64,000 nucleotides of DNA, taken from Octopus sinensis. Lineage: Eukaryota. The stretch lies in contig NC_042997.1 in NCBI RefSeq assembly GCF_006345805.1, positions 106,950,001 through 107,014,000 of the forward strand. Direction: 5' to 3'. Positions 1-11,953 of the stretch are shown here, piece by piece. Position 1 is the first letter of the stretch; the number at the start of each line of letters is the position of its first letter. The notes below the pieces were generated by a model. It did not search any database and was not told the DNA's origin. It saw only the letters and a list, made by a program, of their open reading frames with translations. The position numbers and the translations under genes were made by a program.

Positions 1-645
1 GGAAATTCTATTTTTAAACAATTTAGTAAGCCTCTTCGTGATAAATTCACTCGTCACAAAAGCAGCGTGGATCTCCGCAGTTTTAAATTACTGAATGATT
101 CAGATGGGGAATATAACCACCGAAGTATGGAGAATATCCCACAGGTAGTACGGCGTGAGAGAAAAACAAGAGATAAAGAACGATGTATGAGTATTGCAGG
201 TTATCCAAATTTTGAAAAATTTGAAAATGATCCTGAATTGACAGCTTTTATGAATTCTTTTCATGCCACTAATCAAACATTAGCTGAAGTTTCAGGAAAC
301 AGTGTTGAAAATTTAGCTCATTCTCAACTAGAGAAGCAGGGAGAAACAAGGGACGGGGCACCAGAAAAAGCTGGTAAGCCAACACACATACAGCTTTTGA
401 AAGCAAAAGATGATCTCTCACCAACCAAAATCTCTCCTGCCATGACAGAACAACCAAATGGAACATCCATTCACACAAGTCACAGACATACTGAAACAAA
501 TCCATTAAAATTCCTTCGTGATACTTTCAAACGGAAAGGGAGTCGGCAAGTTAAAAACAAAAAACAGTCATTTAACTTAAAACAGAATACAACCAAAGAC
601 TCATTGGTAACCCTAAAGTTTAATGAAAAGCATGGAAATTCTTAG
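1..645 (+). CDS. Protein-coding exon of an unidentified host gene, open at the window edge; low-complexity, disordered-looking C-terminal region
   Basis: Frame 1 is open from base 1 (GNSIFKQFSKPLRDKFTRHKSSVDLRSF...) to TAG at 643-645, so the listed GTG start at 67 is not the real start. Strong donor CTG|GTAAGC at 373/374. AT-rich UTR-like sequence with AATAAA follows 645. No TE motifs. Confidence 0.7.
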   Translation, partial: GNSIFKQFSKPLRDKFTRHKSSVDLRSFKLLNDSDGEYNHRSMENIPQVVRRERKTRDKERCMSIAGYPNFEKFENDPELTAFMNSFHATNQTLAEVSGNSVENLAHSQLEKQGETRDGAPEKAGKPTHIQLLKAKDDLSPTKISPAMTEQPNGTSIHTSHRHTETNPLKFLRDTFKRKGSRQVKNKKQSFNLKQNTTKDSLVTLKFNEKHGNS

Positions 646-1687
646 CAAATTCCAATCTGTACCTTTTATAATGGTAATGGTGTGTGTGAGTGAAAAGAGT
701 GATGACAGTGTATAAATAAGAGAGAAACAAAAACAAGAGAAAAAATAATATTGTTTCTTTTGACTTAAAATACTTTATTAAATTGATAAAGGTTATTTAA
801 ACTTATCTTGAAACTGTCTAGCCAGCTTCCTTTTTAAAATAAAAATTGGTTCTAAAAAATAAAAATTGTAGATTTTATTGTTACAACATAAAAACCTTTA
901 TTGATTTAATAACAACATCAACACTTATTTAAGTTTTTTTTAAATATAAAGAAAGCCCAAAAAGAAAATAAGATGAAAGTCCTGTTATATTTGGTATAAA
1001 ATAATTCTGGAACTCTGTTTTATTATGTATATACCTTGCCATCGACACAACAGGAAATTTCAGTCAATTGATACTAACAAATTTTCTGTATACCTCTAAA
1101 AAAGAAAGACATTGTGTAACAAAAACCAAGATTATTTCAAATTAAAATTCAGTAACGTATAACTTTTAAAATTATATATTGTTTTTATTTGTTTCCATAG
1201 CATGAAAAATAATTTTTTTTCTTTTGGGACTAATGTGTAAATACTTTGATAATGTATGTATGAATCATATAGTGTATGTATGTATTATATGTAGAGTGTA
1301 TATGAACATACATATTACAGAGTCAAAGAAAAGGTTACTTTATAGCATTGGATTCTAAGTTTATATCCCACCCTACATTGACATGGATAACTTATAAAGC
1401 TTCTGGTGTCAATAACATCCTTAAAAATGCTGATCTGAGTTAAAGTAGAATTGTCCTAGTATGATATTACTATAGAAGTTTCACACAGTTCTTTGACTCA
1501 CTGGTTCCTTGTTGAACCATTCAACCCATGCCAGTTTGAAAAGTAGATGTTAAATGATGATACCTGATACTGCTAAAATAATTTCATATCATTTATTGTA
1601 TATTTTCAAGTATTATATTATACTGTATATTTCGAGTATTATCTGTTTTTTCTAGATTTTAAACTTAGCAATTAAATATAAGCATTA

Positions 1688-2881
1688 TATGAGGTGGTAT
1701 CAAAAAGTTCTCAAACTAGTTCTGTAGTGTGCCAACAGATGGCAGCACATAGTTGCATGCACAGTGAGAGATAGCAGTGATATCGCTGTGTTTACTTCGC
1801 AAGTTGTGAAATTTGTGTTTTTGTGATTTACATGCCACATGGCATGTAAAAAGCACCATTTGAGTGTGATCGTTGCCAGTGTCGCCTTACTGGCACGTGA
1901 AAAACATTCAAGTGAGGTCATTGCCAGCGCCGCTGGACTGGCTCCTGTGCAGGTGGCACATAAAAAAAACACCATTTGAATGTGGCCGTTGCCAGTACCG
2001 CCTGACTGGCCCTCGTGCCAGTGGCACGTAAAAGCACCCACTACACTCTCAAAGTGGTTGGCTTTAGGAAGGGCATCCAGCTGTAGAAACTCTGCCAGAT
2101 CAAGATTGGAGCCTGGTGCAGCCATTTGGTTCGCCAGTCCTCAGTCAAATCATCCAACCCATGCTAGCATGGAAAGCAGACGTTGATGATGATGATGATG
2201 TATGCTGTAGTCTGTGATTTTGACATGGACTGGAAGTTAGAACAAAGAGCCAATATGAAATTTTGCATTAATCTTAGGAAGTCTGCTGCAGAGACATTGA
2301 GCATGCTCTGGCAATGGGTCATATGCAATGTTTCAAGTGGCACTGGCACTTCAAAAGTGGAAGATAAATGATCTGAAAGACCTGCCATGAGTGACACCAC
2401 TGGAAATGTAGTATTGTGCATTGAGAATTCATTCCCCAGGGCCAGACCATCAATCAAGAGAACATTTGGTGAAAGTGACTGGATCTGTGGAGCACGAAGA
2501 ATTGGATTCTTCATGACAACAATGTACCCTTTCACAGCTCTTCTCACTCTTGAGTTTCTCACCAGAAACATGGTATCACTTCCACACCCGCCCTATTTGC
2601 CAGATTTAGCACCTGCGAACTTCCATCTCTTCTCCAAAATGAAAATGCAGCTTAAAGGTCACTGTTTTAACACAGTTGTTGAGATCCAGAGTGAATCACA
2701 GAAGGTCTTTGACTCATGGAAAATTACTTCCAGGCTGAATTCCAAAAGTACCAGGAATGCTGGGAGCAGTTTATTGCTGCACAAGGTGACAATTTCAAAG
2801 GAGATGATGTTAAAACTTAGGTAAATAAGTTATTTTTTATTAAACATACCCAGTTCTGGAACTTCTTGATACCACCGTGTA
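1688..2881 (+). mobile_element. Internally deleted mariner (DD34D-type) transposon
   Basis: TIRs TATGAGGTGGTATCAAAAAGTTC (1688) and GAACTTCTTGATACCACCGTGTA (to 2881), TA ends. Transposase relics MDWKLEQRANMKFCINLRKSAAETLSML and HPPYLPDLAPANFHLFSKMKMQLKG (YSPDLAP-like). Confidence 0.85.
1836..2200 (+). mobile_element. SINE-like repeat (family C, (GAT)n tail) nested in the mariner
   Basis: Tail GGAAGGGCATCCAGCTGTAGAAAC...CCAACCCATGCTAGCATGGAAAGCAGACGTT(GAT)n; the same tail recurs near 3140-3275 and 27290-27430. Confidence 0.75.
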
Positions 2882-3404
2882 CACAAGAACTAAATGCTAC
2901 TCCATTTTTTTTTCCTAATCTAAATTTACAGAATTACACTAATTACTTCCATCTATTCTTGTATAACGTGGGTAGCCTTGTATCACTTCTACAGCAAGAA
3001 ACTTATTCCAAACCCTTCCTTCATTATTTAGCCTTTCACCACTTAGCTTAAAGCCATCAATCACTCTTTCTGCTGTAGCCCCAAGAAGTTGATGGCAATC
3101 TTAGTCTTAATGGGAATGCTGATGTCATAACAAAAATTACCCAGTACACACTGTAAAGTACTTGGTGTAAGGAAAGGCATCCAATCATAGAAACCATGCC
3201 AAAGTAAACATTGGAGTGTAACTGATCTTCTGACCCGTCTGATACTGTTAAACTGTCTAACCCATGCCAACATGTAGGATGAGTGTTAAAATACTCTGAA
3301 GATTTAGAAAGTTATTACAATTTAAGATTCTGGTTTTTTTAGAAAATATTAGCTTTTTTTTTTTTTTTTATTTTTATTTGAAAATTTTTGAAAAAGCATA
3401 AAAA

Positions 3405-3500
3405 TTAGGTGTTACTTCCCAACTACATGATTGTGGGATCAGTCCCACTGCATGGCACCTTAAGCAGATGTCTTTTACTACAACCCCAGGTCAACCAAGT
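3405..3500 (+). mobile_element. SINE family B, 5' fragment
   Basis: Matches the head of the copies at 12718, 19787 and 27478 (TTCCCAA..CATG...CAGTCCCACTGC.TGGCACCTT). Confidence 0.6.
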
Positions 3501-4189
3501 GTTTTGTGTAACAATTGTGGAGAAGATCAATAATGGACATTTAGCCCAAAGGAATCATTTTCTATGAGATATTCACCAGAATTCAGTTTCTGAATTTTGT
3601 ACAAAAATCATTTGGATTTTGGTGGAAACCCATTTTTATAAGCAGATACTGAATGTCTGTTGTTACCGAACATAAAAAATCCACATTTAAATGAATACAT
3701 GCCATGTGAGTTTTAACAATGCAGCTATAAACAAAACAATGAAGTTATATCAATGGGTATTATACACGAGATTTTTTTCTAGAATTTTATTGCTTATGAT
3801 TAGCCTTGTGCATTGTACAAGAGTGCATTTTATACACAAATAAATATGGTAATGGTTCTTTTACAATATAAAGAGAATTTTAGAATTTTTTTTTAAATAA
3901 ATGTATAAACTATTTAAATATAGGAAATCTTGTAAACCAAAAGGTCTTCAGAGTGTAACTTAAAGACTATTTGTGCAATGTCTATCTAAAGTTATCAGTA
4001 TGCTGGTATCTGTCTCTATTGTGATACTAACACAAATGAGAGGATTTCAACTCAGTATTGTAAACCATTTAAATACTTGTTAATTAACTATATAATGTTG
4101 TTGCTAAAACACGTCTTAGCAGAGTGTTGTGCTCATGAACAGGGATGACAAGTATAAACTGCTGAGTGCTATCATTCTTGGGGAAGATG

Positions 4190-4420
4190 TATTTTCATCT
4201 CATTTCAGCCATGGCCCAGCACTGAGGTTGCTTTGTTCGACTAAACCCTTGAAGGGTTTAGTCGAACAAAGCAACCTCAGTACTTGTTTGAAAGTCTGGT
4301 ACTTATTGTAGTGGTTTCTTATGCTGAACCATTAAGTTACATACACAGACATATATAGATATACAATGGGCTTCCACACGGTTTCCATCCACCAAACTCA
4401 CATAGAAGGTATTAGTGGGT
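4190..4420 (-). mobile_element. SINE family B, 3' part, containing a perfect 30-bp inverted repeat
   Basis: GAAGGGTTTAGTCGAACAAA...CAGTACTT...CTGGTACTTATT matches the reverse complement of the family-B tail (compare 22585-22625). Confidence 0.7.
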
Positions 4421-6015
4421 CTGAGGTTGTTAGAAGACATTAGCGCAATGGGGCTCAATCCAAAAGCATGCGGCTGCAAAGCACACTTCATCATGCCTGC
4501 ACTTTTGCTTGGTGAATTGAAACTGCCGTAATAACCTACCTGTGATTAGTGCTTTTGTTAGTTGTTCAAATTTGAAAACAGGTGTTAAAACAAACTCAGT
4601 ATACAAAACCTTTTAATTCAATGATTGCTTTTCAAATGTCTTTGCTATTAGAGTTTACCTCGAATGACCGCTACCAAGGTGACATTTGTGTGGTTCCTGA
4701 TAAAAACTCTATCTACTAATATTATAATTAAATGATCTAGATATATCAGTTCACTAGTATAGGGCAATATAAACTTGAAACCAAAATTCAGGTATTGATA
4801 ACTGATACACCTTTGTGTATCAGTTTGTTATACAAGCAATTCTTTAATTGCTTGTATAACAAACTCTAAAACTCCAGTTCTTTAATATCCAATTACAGCC
4901 TTATAGACTTGAAATAAATATTTAGATTTCGGCTTTTATTTTTTTAGTTGGGCATAAAGCCGCAAAAGTTATTGTGGAAAGGATGTGCAAATGTAACATG
5001 CATTGTAAGGAATAAATGAAGTGAAATCATTTTGATTGGAACTTGAAACTGAGTCATGAACTCGACCCACTCAAAACTTAACCCTTTCTTAATCTATGCC
5101 CCTTACTACTTCTTGGTTTTGATTCTAGCCAAAGAGAGATGGCTTCTACTTGATTACTTAACTGCACACTACTGAATTAAAAAGGAAAGGGAGCATATAT
5201 GTCCGGGGTAATGTAATAAAGAAGGGAAGATTGTGATTACAGTCTGCCCAGAGCTAAGCAACTCTATTTGATTTCATTATTCAAAGCCATTTCTACAAGG
5301 GAATCTCTTATTAATTTCAGTTGTGAGGGGGAAAAAAGGAAAAATGTGCATTGGGTTTTAGGAGGGCATAATACCCTAATAGCAGGAACAATAACTTGTT
5401 AGCTTGAGCTAGGAGGATAGGTATATATGGGCATTAATTTGTGTTGGCAGAATTATTATAGCATTGATCAAGATACATTTCAGCATTTGTTCTGGCTCAT
5501 TACATTCTGAGTTCAAATCTTGACATGGTCAACTTTGCTTTTCATCCTTCTGGAGTAATAATTTAAGTACTGCAGAAGTAGTCAACTAACCTCCCTTTCT
5601 AAATATCTGATACAAGTGCACTGCTAACACAGTAGAATATGGTGTTGACTTATAAAAACATTTAATATACTTTATAGTATATTATGGTTGCATAATAAAA
5701 TAGTGTGTCCCTACAAGTCATTTTAAATATTTGGTTTTGTGTCTATGCTAGAAATTATTATTTAATAAGAGAAAAGAAAGAAACAGTTCTTATATCTTTT
5801 GCAGGTTCAGTTTGAAATTTTATAAATTGCCTATGTTGCTGTTGTTGAGCTCTGTATCGACCACAATTGAGTAGACTCATGCTTGAAAGGCATTCCAGCT
5901 GAGAACACTCTAACCTTTTAGGTGTAAGCTTAGAACTAATTATCTAATGCATCCTTTACTAATGTAACACAATAAACTGAAACACTGAAGGAGATTTGTC
6001 AGCTATTTCTAACAG

Positions 6016-6103
6016 ATTGTGTAACCCGTAGAGATTGCTCATGTGAGGATTGCAGTTCTGGGAAGGAAAGAATTCTAGTGAGTTACCACAAGGAGAAAGA
6101 CAG
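6016..6103 (+). CDS. Candidate internal coding exon, Cys-rich (xCVTRRDCSCEDCSSGKERILVSYHKEKD)
   Basis: Acceptor TTTCTAACAG| at 6015; phase-1 frame open; donors CTA|GTGAGT (after 6077) and CAG|GTCAGT (after 6103). Confidence 0.45.
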
Positions 6104-7551
6104 GTCAGTGCATTGAATAGAACTAGTATTCAGCTTATTTGTAAGAACAGGAATCGTAGTTCAGGAATAAAAGATAGAAAGTGGGTCAGACTCAGCATCT
6201 TAGTGGATGCAGTGTGTTATTTACCAATCTTTCATAATGGTGTTTTATTTTTTTAATGCTAATGTGTATAGTAGCTGTTGGTTTCACTTGTGATTTGTGT
6301 TGAACTACCTTCACCAGGAATATAACTCAGTGCCTGTACAAAGGAAACAGTCTGGTAACCTCTGACTATTTCCTTACCTACCCCACTAGCTAATTTGTTC
6401 GTGTTCTTGAAAATATCAGCATACATCTTTTTCTTTTTACCTGTAATTATAGGTAAAAAGATGAGCGTGCTCTATGTTGCAAATAATTTATCCTTAATAT
6501 TCTAAAGTTTGGGTATCTAGCCATATTTTAGGTTTCAATCTCTCACTTGAGTTTTATTAGAGAAGGGACAGTAACCATAGCCATTCTAATGACCCCACAA
6601 GACTAGATCAAGGCAGTTGCTATTCGCCTTGAATTTCTGTAAGTTGATGTAATTAGGCAAAACATGTATGAAGTGATGCCTCTGAAGGATGATTTGGTAA
6701 TTTGTAAGATCTGGCAGGGAATGCAAGAGAACAGTGTGTCAGACAGGCATCTGTGACAGTGGTATGCAACTTACTGGTTCAGAGGAATAGAAGTTGTAAC
6801 AGTAGAATAAACATATAGAAAAAATAAAGCCAGTGTTAGCAGTATATTGCTACTCAGACAAAGAGCCATATTTTTTTTTTATGAATGTGCAACAGTATCA
6901 TAAATATGTGAAGCATGATTGGGATTTGTAGAGAGCATCAAATCATGCCAGGAGTGTTCTCTGGTCCTAAAGAGAAAACCTAATCGATAGTTTTGTGTTT
7001 AGGCAAGATTGTGAAGGCTAACATTTGTATTGATTTTGAAAGTTTTAGTTGAGTATTTTTCACTTATAGGTAAAGATATAGAGCAAGACCAATTTTTTGA
7101 TGTGTCTAAGTGAATTGCTCCCTAACTTTTTATATTTGTTTGACTTAACTTTTTGATAATGCAATTAGACAGTAGAGATTATGTTGTAAAAATCCTTAAG
7201 TTCTAAACTAAATGATTAACATTTCATGTTTTTCAATCTAAATTTTGCTGGAGTTGAATTATGTATATGTTAGTGGTGATGTATGAAAAAACAAATGGAA
7301 TGGGTGGGTAGAATACAAATTATTATATGAAATTACAGTTAGGATGTTGCACAGATATTCTGTTTCTTGTTAGCAAAGCAGATTTGCCAACTTTTGTTGC
7401 CAGCAAAAGCCAAGATATGCAGCCATATCTTGACTTGCAGTCAGATCTTTTACTGACTGAATGAATGCTGGCAGAGCTGTTTTGTTAACAAGAAGCCCCG
7501 TGTATCACCATGGTATTCTGGCTAATTTATATGATAAAGAAATTATATGTA

Positions 7552-7992
7552 TTAGCAGTATAGCCTGGCATTGCTCAGGTTTGTTTTTTAGTTGCGCTTC
7601 AAACAGCAGACTTTGATGTCGCGTTAAAGTTTTGACAGAGTTTCAATCTTTTTTGAAAAGTAAAAATTTTGCATTATGTAGCTTGTTATTCTCTTTAAGT
7701 GAACATTTTTCTGGTTGAAATACACCGATAAATGGTGACACAGCAGTCAAAAAATCGTAAAAAATAGGAATTTTCATAGAAAAAAAATCACCTTTTTAAT
7801 GTAAATAATTTTTGGTCTTAACATGGTCCGATTTGAATTTTTTCTTCTACAGAATGAAGAGCAACCCTTCTTCTATCATACTCTCAATTTTGGTCAACTT
7901 GCACCGCAGGGTCTCTGAGGAGATAGTGTTAGTTGAAGGCTACCAAACCTGCCACTCACACACACAGACAACTTCAGCTTTATATGTATAGA
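7552..7992 (-). mobile_element. Non-autonomous Helitron, family H1
   Basis: Reverse complement starts TCTATACATATAAAGCTGAAGTTGTCTGTG and ends AACCTGAGCAATGCCAGGCTATACTGCTAA (decayed hairpin plus CTAG-like end); collinear with 11165-11512. Confidence 0.75.
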
Positions 7993-8054
7993 TTGAGTAC
8001 TTAGAATTTTTTGTTTTTTTTTTTCCAATTTATTCATCACCTAAATGTTTTCAA

Positions 8055-8335
8055 ATTTTGACACAAAGCCAGAAATTTTAAGGGAATGGATAAGTCAATT
8101 ACCCTAAGTATTCAACAGGCACTTATTTTATCATCCCTGAAAGGATGAAAGACAAAGATATATTTTGTAGAATTTGAAATCTAATATTAACAATCCTTCT
8201 ACTATAAGGTATAAGGCCTGAAATTTGGGGGAAGGAGCTTAGTTGATTACATCGACCCCCAATGCTAAACTGTTACTTATTTTATCAACCCTGAAAATAA
8301 AAAAGGCAAAATTGAACTTGGCAGAATTTGAAGCT
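8055..8335 (-). mobile_element. Two partial family-A SINE copies
   Basis: CATCGACCCC...ACTTATTTTATC.ACCCTGAAA...AAAGGCAAA...GCAGAATTTGAA motifs, present twice. Confidence 0.6.
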
Positions 8336-10760
8336 TAATAATAATGGTGATGATGATGATGATGTCCGTATGTGTGTAAAAAAACATTTTTCCTCTGACA
8401 TTTTGTATTTAATTATGCCCTCTGTTGTAACCATTATTTTGTTGTAAAGCTGAGGAACCAATCAAAATGATAATACATAGTAATGAATTATACTGTTTAA
8501 AGGAGTGGATGTGAGTGTTCTCTTGCCAGATTTTGTAAACTGTTTTACCTTGAACAAATTCTCGGTGTATTTTGTCTCGTATAATTGGGCTAGCGCTGCT
8601 CTAGCGGGAATTTCAAAGCTTTAACAACTTTTATTTGTAATCCCTTGCGGGGCATGGAAGAAAATTAGGTCTATAATTATATAAAGTTCCTCTTAGGAAA
8701 TAAGGAAGTAAATTGTAGCTTTAGTGGGGGTCCCAAATGATTAATGAGTATTTAATGTTTCATTAGTATCATGACGTTGTTACTGTTGTGGGACGTTTAA
8801 TGCATTTCTCTGTGTTACGGAAAAGAGGAGAGACTTATGTCAATGAATTTAGGTATTTTAATCAGGCCTCTTTTGAGAAGAGAAATGTTTTTTTTATTCC
8901 TTTTCATAAAATAGGTCAACTATAGGTGTTCAGCGTATTAAGCAGAAAAAAAAAGAGCAAATAACTATTTTAGCTAACACCCTCTTGTAAAAAGAGGAAG
9001 AAAAATTAATCAAATATAGCATGTGTTAGTAAAAAAAGGATCAGACATTCTGTATTTTCAAATAGTCTTTCATGTTTGTTTACTAAAAGTTGTTGCTTGG
9101 CCAAATAAAAGCTTTATTACAGAAAGATGAAAACTAAATTTTGCGGGATAAATTGAATAAAAATAGACATGAGTGGTAGTCCTCTCGGCTAATTTAATTC
9201 AAATTAGGAGTAGATTTCTGTTCACTACATCTTTCCTTTTCTTTGCTGAAGTTTCACAAATAAGTTTGTAAAAACCCACTTGTGCATGCGTTTTGTTGAG
9301 TTCACACTTTTGCAAGCATTTGGACCAAACCCTTGCACAACACAACATAAGTAATGCTATTGATTTTTTTTTGTTTTTTCGTCTTTTAGTCAAGGAGAAA
9401 GGCAATGTCCATGGCTTTTTACAGGGCCTTCAAGACAGGAGAGAGAGAGAGAATGGAACCTTCAAACTGGAGATCTGTCTTGAATGCTTGTCACTGAATG
9501 AACTCGGCTAAGGGTAATCAATGTAATAGGTGTTAAATTAGGCAATGGATTAAGTTTAAGGCTTTCTCTACAAATACTTGCTGCCTTATAAGAGAGGGCC
9601 CTGACCCAGAAGGTTGGCTTATCAACTGGTGCAAAATAATTCCTATATCCTCTTCTGCCCACACAAAGTATAGGGAGACCCACTCTTGATGCTGTCTTCC
9701 TGATGAGTGACATCTCACAAGGACTGGAGTAGTGGTTAGCAACAACAAACAGGCTGTGGTTTCTTCTTTGCTTCCCTACCAAAACAGAGTCTCTATGCAG
9801 TGGGATCCAGACAAAATCCCCATAGTTAAAGTGTGAAAATGGACAAAAGCCCCTCAGTTATATTTTTCGGTTACTTTTTCTATTTGTTTTTTTCTTTACT
9901 TGTTGCAGTCATTAGACTGTGGCCATGCTGGGGCATCACCTTGAGGAATTTTTAGTCAAATGTATCAACTCCAGAATCTTTTTTAGGTGATTTTCAACCA
10001 GCACATGAAGTTAAGCCTAGAAGGTCTCTCCACATGCTAGAAATAACAGCCAAATCTTTAAAAAGAAATTTCTATAATTTCAAGTAAACAAAAATTAAAA
10101 TAAAATTGGGTGGGGATGGTCACAGCTGAAATTTGATCATAGGTTTCTTTTTTCTCATTCATGGCTACTGTAGCGTGGTTATGACAAAAGACCTGTCAGT
10201 TTATAGACATTTATTAATGCGTTGATACAAAAGGTGTGTAGGCAATACAAGAAGAGTAAATGTTATATCAATGACGGATATTACAGGTGTAGGAGATCTT
10301 CATCAGAAATTTGATATTTAGGTTGATTTTTCTCATCGGTACATATTCATGTTGCCGAGGTGGGTGTCTTCATCTACTGAACCAGGTTGAGTACAAAAAG
10401 CTGTGAGAACAGCTCTTAGTGAGAATGTGCTTGGTTGAGTATGTAGTGTGGAAACAGCTATTAGTAAGAGGAATTCACCAAGGACCAAATTCACTGTAGC
10501 ATTTTGGTGCTAAAAGCCGCTGTATTTGTAGCCTCTGTTAACATTCTTGTGACTATTGCCAGACTATCACATGCACAAAAAGCACTGACTGGCAGAAATG
10601 GGATCTGTACACTTGATAAACTCGTAATTTACATGGGATCGAAATCACCTGTTATACTATCTTACCCAGTGCTCAGTAACAACATATACAATCGCATAAG
10701 AGAGCTTGTAAGTGCTTGCTTGACCTGATTGCTCACCCTGCTAGAAATAGCAATCAAATA

Positions 10761-10901
10761 TTAGGTTGTCCCAAAAGTTCGTAAACACTTGCGAAAATTG
10801 AATTTTTACTCGCCAAGTACTAACAAAAACAACAAAAATTATTCCTCAAAATAAAGACCATTATTTTCCAAGACTTTCTACGAACTTTTGGGACAACCTT
10901 A
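10761..10901. mobile_element. Mariner-type MITE (~140 bp)
   Basis: TIRs TTAGGTTGTCCCAAAAGTTCGTA and TACGAACTTTTGGGACAACCTTA, flanked by TA; the TTAGGTTG terminus is mariner-like. Confidence 0.85.
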
Positions 10902-11164
10902 TAATACACTATTTTCTTTAAAAAAGAAAGGATACATTGACTAACACAGTCCTAGAAACGCAGAGATGATCGTGACTGAAATTTGATCATAGATTTGCTC
11001 ATTCATAGCCAGTTCAGCAACAATGTTATGCAATTGAAGAAGGGAGCTTTTAAGTGCTTACCTGATCTGGTAAAAGCAGCAACGAAATTTCCTTTAAATC
11101 ATATCTTACTGTCTTAAAAACGAAATTTATGACTACATTGGACATTAGTTGCTGACTCTATAAA

Positions 11165-11512
11165 TCTCTATATATATAAAGCTGAAGTTGTCTGTGTATG
11201 GCAGGTTTGGTAGCCTTTAACTAACACTATCTCTTCCGAGACCCTGCGGCGCAAGTTGACCAAAATTGAGAGTATGATAGAAAAAGGCTTGCTCTTCCTT
11301 CCGTAGAAGAAAAAAATTCAAATCGGACCATATTAACACCAAAAATTATTTACATCAAAAAGGTGCTTTTTTTCTACGAAAATCCCTATTTTTTACACCA
11401 TTTTTCGGTGTATTTCAACCAGAAAAATGTTCAATGCAAAATTTTTACTTTTCAAAAATTCCAATTCTAAAGGGTCAAAACAAACCCGAACAACACTGGG
11501 CGATACTGCTAA
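11165..11512 (+). mobile_element. Non-autonomous Helitron, family H1
   Basis: 5' TCTCTATATATATAAAGCTGAAG; 3' ACCCGAACAACACTGGGCGATACTGCTAA (hairpin plus CTAG-like end); inverted homologue at 7552-7992. Confidence 0.75.
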
Positions 11513-11824
11513 TCTCAAATAAGGTTAACATTTGAGTAGTACTCATAACAACAGTTCGTCGCCCAAAATCTTGTGAATGAAATTTGGTAGATTAAAAGAT
11601 TGGCATACAATTACAATATCATTTTCTAAAGGAAAGCGTGTGTTGCGTATTCGATGATTATATCAGGAGTGAATAAGATTTCCCTTAAACATTTGTTTTG
11701 TTGTTATTAATAAGTCAACTAAAACAGTTTAGCTTGGAATTTGGAAAGAAAGGTACTACTGGGCGGATTTCATTGATAGATGCAAAAACATGCTTTCAGC
11801 TGGAATTGGATTGAAGGATTCAAT

Positions 11825-11953
11825 CTATGGAATCTGAGAATTCTTAAAGAGGAAAGGTGGTTATAATATCTTGCTTTTGTCGCGAAGCTATGGAATCTGA
11901 GAATTCTTAAAGACGAAAGGTGGTTCTAATATCTTGCTTTTGTCACGAAGCTA
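11825..11953. repeat. 63-bp tandem duplication
   Basis: CTATGGAATCTGAGAATTCTTAAAGA..AAAGGTGGTT.TAATATCTTGCTTTTGTC.CGAAG occurs twice (11825 and 11888), differing at 3 positions. Confidence 0.9.

Noticed and set aside
9700-9740. CTGATGA-GTGA(CATC)TCAC, hammerhead-like start
   Set aside because: It is followed by AAGGAC rather than GAAA, stem I pairs poorly, and there is no PLE context; plausibly chance.
9462-9782. 106-aa minus-strand ORF, possibly a LINE endonuclease relic
   Set aside because: No convincing APE motifs; TTG/GTG-type start; probably a chance ORF.
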